Source: an uncultured bacterium (lineage in GTDB: Bacteria > Omnitrophota > Omnitrophia > Omnitrophales > Aquincolibacteriaceae). From it: a DNA stretch of 64,000 nucleotides. The notes below the pieces were generated by a model. It had not been told where the DNA came from. It was given only the letters and a program-made list of their open reading frames with translations, and did no database searches. A program made the translations under genes and the position numbers. Positions 57,001 through 63,000 of this stretch are shown here, in pieces (position 1 is the stretch's first letter; every line of letters begins with the position of its first letter). The stretch lies in contig CAYZYT010000009.1 of assembly GCA_964482725.1 (NCBI GenBank), positions 19,832-83,831 on the forward strand, written 5' to 3'.

Positions 57001-60000
57001 ATGACCTTGCTTCTCTCTCTGCGGATGTTCATCAAACGTCGGCCGAGGCGGACCAGGAAGGCCGTGAGGCCGGTGAAATTGCCGGAGAATTGAAAGCCAG
57101 GCTTGAAGGAGAGAACCCGAGGATCGACGGCCTCAAGGGCCGGGCGCAGCAGATCCAGGCTAAAATGGAAAAGATCGATAAGTCCCTCGAGGACATGGTG
57201 AAGGAACTGCAGGAAGCCCGGCGCCATGCGGACGGTCTTCAAAGCAGTGTCAATCAGGTGGCCCGTCGCGTGGAATCTCCGATGCCGCAGATTTCGGCGG
57301 AGGGTGGGTCGACCGCGGGATCAACAGGTTCCGGGGATCCCGGTGCTCATGGCGCGGCGCCGAGCGATAATCGCGAGAGAGCCATGAATGCCAGGGCCGG
57401 CAGCAGGAGCTCCACGGGGATCGAACGGCATCATTCCGTGGATAGCGCGATCGCGGAGCAGATGAAGCGGTTGCTAGCAGAGCCCGAATATCAGGTCGAT
57501 CCGGAAACCATGCGTCTTCCTGCGAAAACCGTCATTCCTCGGATCACGAACAGTCAGTCGGCGGTCTACCAGGCGATCCGCAAGCCCTCGATCCAGTTCG
57601 AGGCGACGCTGCGGAGCAATATTTTGAATGTACTTCACGAACTTGAAACGAGCCTGCTCCTTGCGAACCAGCGGAAGGGACGCATCAACCCGCGGGCCCT
57701 GACCCGGGTGAACACCGGCGATCAGCGGATCTTCCAGCTCAAAAAAATCCCTGACATCAAAAAAATGAGGCTCACGCTTCTGATCGACGTGAGCGGCAGC
57801 ATGTACTCGGACGGCGGCAATCTGGATCTTGATGCTTTCAATCCAGGAGCGCTTGTCGGGAGTAACAGGATCAACAGCGCCATCCGGACCGCGGTTATGT
57901 TTATGGAAGCCTTCGGCAACGATGAGGATATCGAACTTGAGATCATTCTTGTGGCAGACAATGCCCGGATTGAAAAGCCCTTTGACCAGCCGGTGACCCC
58001 TGAGTTTGCTTATCAAGTCGTTTCCAGGATCCTGCATCACAACCTGGGAGGCGGAAATGCCGATCTGAAAGGGCTTAAGCTCGCGGTCGAAAGCCAGGAC
58101 CTTCGGGAAAAAGAAGCCGGCGTTCAACCCAAGATCATTGTGATAGTTGCGGACGGAGGCATCAACTATACGGATAAAGAGGGGATTGAAAAAACCCTCA
58201 CGACTCGCAAAGACATTGCCTGGCTGCCCACGGGAATCGGTCCCGCGTCCGCGGACGTCAAAAATGCCTATGCCCCTTACGGAGAGGTCGTCGATAGCGT
58301 CAATCAGCTCCCTGAAAAGATCGGAGAAAGATTACAGACACAGATCGAGGCGATCGTGGCGGGCGTCACAGGACGCAGTGAGTTGCGGGATCCGCAGCGT
58401 TTCGAGAACTTCAGCGCGTCCATGGTCGAAGCTTCGCGCAATCTTATGAAAGACGGATTTGACTACGTCACGGAGGACGGGAAAACCTACCTCGTTGTTT
58501 CGCCGGAGACGGACGGAAGCCAAAAATATCCTGATTTCAAGGTGCCGGTGCGGGATGGCGTGAGCAATCTGCGCAAGGAGTCCTTTTATGCGTCGCCTAC
58601 CAATATCCGCGATATCACGAAGATCATTTTGAGAGCGCATGATCAGTCGCTTGACCGCACCGCGCTCAACGTCCAGGGAGACGCCGGATCGGGTAAAAAT
58701 AAGAAGATCTATCACGCGGCCCGTCTCATCGGACAGAATGTCCGCTTCATGGCGCTCCATGATGACATCCACGAAGATGACCTTGTGGAGCGGCGGGGGG
58801 TGAACGAACGCTCCGACGGGAAAACCGACTGGATCCCTTCGGCAATTGTTGAAGCCATGTTGAAAGGGGAATGGGTGATCCTCGACGAATACAACAAAGC
58901 GAAGCCGGAAGTGCTCGCCCGCCTCAATCAGATCATTCAGTCCCGCACCGTGACTTTGCATGACGGAACCAAGGTCAAGGCCAAAGAAGGCTTTGCCATC
59001 ATCCTGACCAGTAATCCTCCGAGCGGTTCGGGCGACGCTGCGGTTTATTCGGTCGCGGCGACCTCCGGCGAGATGCTCGACCGTATTCGTACGATCAATA
59101 TTGAATATTTACCGGCGCAGGAAGAACAAGCGCTTCTGTTTTGGACGCTCATGAAAGAGCGCAAGCTTTCGAACACCGACAAGATCAGCCGGGAAGAGCG
59201 GGAATTGATCCTTCAGCTGGTTTCGGCCGCAAATATCAACCGTACCATTTATAACGGGCAGAATGAGTCGGGCCAGAAAGGCACCGGGCGCGGCAGGAAC
59301 ATCGCGCGGCCGCTGTCGACCCGTTCTCTGGTCAATATCCTCAAGCATATCGCGGAGTTTCCCGGTGAGATCCACCGTATGAAATCGGTGATCAAGCGTT
59401 TTTACTCCTACGAGTGGGAAAAACAGGATCAGATCCTGCGCGTCGAAGAGATCTTCAACCACTTCGCCAGTTTAAATCGGGATATGCCGCTCCTGTTTAA
59501 CGAGGAAGATCTCAAAGGACCTGTTTACGGGACGAATGCCCGGGGGAAGCGCGTTCTAAAGTTTAAAGGCCTCGAAGTGCCGGTGAGCGACGATGCTCCG
59601 CAAAGTCTTGAGGAGATACCGCTTGAAGACCGCGTGATGTGGACGCCCACCAATCTCCGGTATCTCTATGATTGCCTCATGGATTTCAAAAAAGGAAGGC
59701 ACATGCTTTTCATCGGCGAGGCCGGAACGGGGAAAGACGTGATCGCGGAATACGTTTCGTGGCTCCTTTACGGTCCGAAAGTCGAGACCTTCGGCGTGAC
59801 GCGCAATGCCATGGTGGAGGATCTGATCGCTTACCTCGGGCTCGGGGAAGGCGAAAGGATGGACAAAGGCGGCATGGTGATCGCGGCCGGGAAGAACGAA
59901 ACGGGGCTTGTGCCGGCGTATGTGATCCGCGCGATGAAAGCAGGCCGTCCGGTCATTCTGGACGAGATCAACAAAGGGAAACCGGAAGTTTTTGCGGTCA

Positions 60001-63000
60001 TGAACAACATTCTCGAAGAAGGCTGGATCGATCTGGCCAACGGGCAGAGGATCTATTCAGAACCCGGATTTTTGATCATTGCGACCATGAACCCCGACAG
60101 CAAACGGACGTATATCGGCAACTATCGCCTGTCGGGAGAATTCATTGACCGGTTTTCCGCTCATAAATTCGATTATCTGAACCGGGAGGAGGAGATCCGT
60201 ATCCTCCGGGATTTTAACCAATACATCCGCAAGTCATCGCCCGATGCTTACAAGAATTTCAGATCTTTGAGAACGGAATTCATTGGGGCGCTCGTAGCCA
60301 TGACAAGCGTTCTAAGGCAGAAATACCAGTCTCAGGAAATCCCGCATCCTGTTTCGATGCGGTCGCTTAAAAAACTGATCGTGACCTTATCCCGGACGCC
60401 GCGGGAGTATTTTGACGCATTTCCCGCCTTGCTTCGCGAGACCTATGTGTTTGAAGACCCCGTTCATAATGAGGCCGTTCTTGCCGCCGCGGTCCAGGCC
60501 GGGTTGCTGCAGCGGCAGCGCGATCTGTACGTTCCCGCGATGGAAGAGATCATCGCCGTGGATATCGCAACAGGCGATGCGGCTCTGGACAACCTCCTTG
60601 TGGATTTGCGTGATAACGGGATCGATGCCCCGAATGTGATACGGATCTTGTCAGCGCTGGACCGGTTCTTGCACGTGCAGATGAAAGATCTGAATGAGAA
60701 TCAAATCCTCGAATTTAAAACCGTTTTTCAGGCGCTGTACGATTTCCGCGTAGCTCGCAAAGGAGTTGCCTGCGTTCAACTGGCCGGGCAAATTCAAAAG
60801 CGCCTGGCCGGCACCCAGACATTCGAGGGCTATGTCCCGGAACTTACAGGCGAGATCCCGATGACCGGTCACTGGGATTTTTCGTCTTCCGTTCATCCCG
60901 AGATCGCCATGTATGCCCAGACGGTCACGGGCATCCTGACCGAAAAGCGGGCGCGATCGAAAGAGCCTTTCTTTTTTACCCGTATTAACGGCCGCAATTT
61001 TCTCGTGGTCCCCGAAGGCACGAAATTCAGCGATATCGAAGAGGTGCTGCGCGTGGAAGGTGTGGAGATGTACGGGGAGCAAGTGCTCGGAAGTCCCGAA
61101 GCGGGTATCCGTCTTCAAAGCGCCTATCAGCTGATGAAGTATCTTCGTGGTTTGAATGTCGGCAAAGAGGCGGTTTTGCCAGACGTCGATCCCAAGGGAA
61201 TCCTCCGCATCGGGGAAACTGAATGGAAGACCATCGCCGAACTCGGCTTGACCCCGGCCTGGGCGCGGAATATGGCGGTCTTTCTTTCCACCGAGCCGAT
61301 CGATGCCATTCTGAAGGAATCTGCATTCCGAGCGGCCGGCCGGGAGCTTATGGCTGCGAATTTTGACGAGCAAAACCGCAAGATCCTCACGACGGTATTG
61401 AAGCTTCAGAACATTAAACCGTTTGATGCCGCGAAGCTGAAGGAACCTCTCATCAAGGGTAAGGCGGATTCCTCGGAGCTTCTGGAAGCCATCAGTTTGA
61501 TGGGGGAATTCAACGACGGCTACCTCGCTGAACTCAAGAGTCTGATCTGGGCTGACGGCGCACCCCTTGTTTATTGGGCGGAGGATGTCCGGGAAGATAT
61601 CGGCCTTGTGACCGAGGTGATCAATGGACGGCAGTTCTCCTACCTTGTGCTGTCTGCCGGATTAAAGGCCAAGATGGACGATTTTGTTTCGGGCATGCTG
61701 AAGCGGAAGGAAAGGACCGCTATCACGGGTTTTCTTTACCTGCTTCTGGTCGATCTCATGACTGACGATGCTTCCCGCGGCGATGCGGATCACGCGTCGG
61801 AGTTTACGGTTGAGGGCAAGATCAAAGGATTTTTTAACCGCGCCTTGGCCTATTACCGTCTGAAGTCAAAGGCCCCCGCGGAATTTGAGGACTGGTTAAA
61901 GATCTACGGCCGCCCGGATTATCAGGCATGGTCTGAGTTTGTCCAAAAATTCACGGAAGAAACCTATATGAGCGATGAGGCGATCAGCGAAGCGGTCCGG
62001 GCTCTTTTCCCGGAGCATACCGACCAGGCGAATCTCGTGGCGGCGCTCGGAAGCCTGCTCCGGGGCTATGGCACATCTGTGTTCAGCGAGTTGAGCCAGG
62101 TCCGCACCCAGCTTGCCTGGACCCGCAACCAGCTTGAAACGGGGCGTTTAACCCGTCCGGGGCCTGAGATCAAACTGCCCGAGGAGTCGGGTCTTGAGCT
62201 GGAATTTTTGAAAATGGTGAACAAGCGCAACACCAATTTTGAGGCCCCTCATGTGATCTCTTACCGGGTCGGAGAAGACGTTTACGCCGCGTCGATCTCC
62301 CGGTCCGGGCAGGGCGGACTGTTCCAGTTCATGCGCCAGGGGAACGGTGCTTACAAAGTCACAGAGATGAATAATGATCACGAGATGATGACTTTCCTGC
62401 GCGGCATTTTTAAACGGGATAAAACAGGATTTCTTGGATCTTATACTCTCGCGGGGAAAACCCGTTTTCTCACGAAGGATCACACCGTTCCGCGTGAATA
62501 TGAGATCGATGAAACCGGCAAGATCCGTGAACTTGAAACGCGGGAGTCTTTGCTGCTTCAGGCCCTCCTTAAAAACCATCCGCCCAAAGAAGAAGAGAGT
62601 AAAAAAGGGGGTGTTTGGGAGAAAAGTATTAAGTGGCTGCGCTCCGTCGGAAAAAATAATCAGCCGATCAATCTTTTCTTGGCCTATCCGCTCGGGGAAT
62701 CGCTACGGTTGGTGAGCTTGGGACAGGACGGGAAGGCCTTCGAATATGAGTATAACGCGAAGGGAGCCTTCCGCGAGCTGGATGCCTCGGAGCCGGGGTT
62801 TGCCGACGTGCTGCGGACCGAACATGGCCGGCAGGTGAACGGTTTGGCGGATGTCTTTAGTTTTATGCTTGGAGACGAGGTGCGTTTTCAAGTGACGGGG
62901 TTTATGGGAAGCAATGTCCAACAGTATCGTCTGGATAAGGATTGGAACCTGGCGCCAGTCGCTGCGGACAAAAATGCTTTGACGGGTCTCATCGTCAACG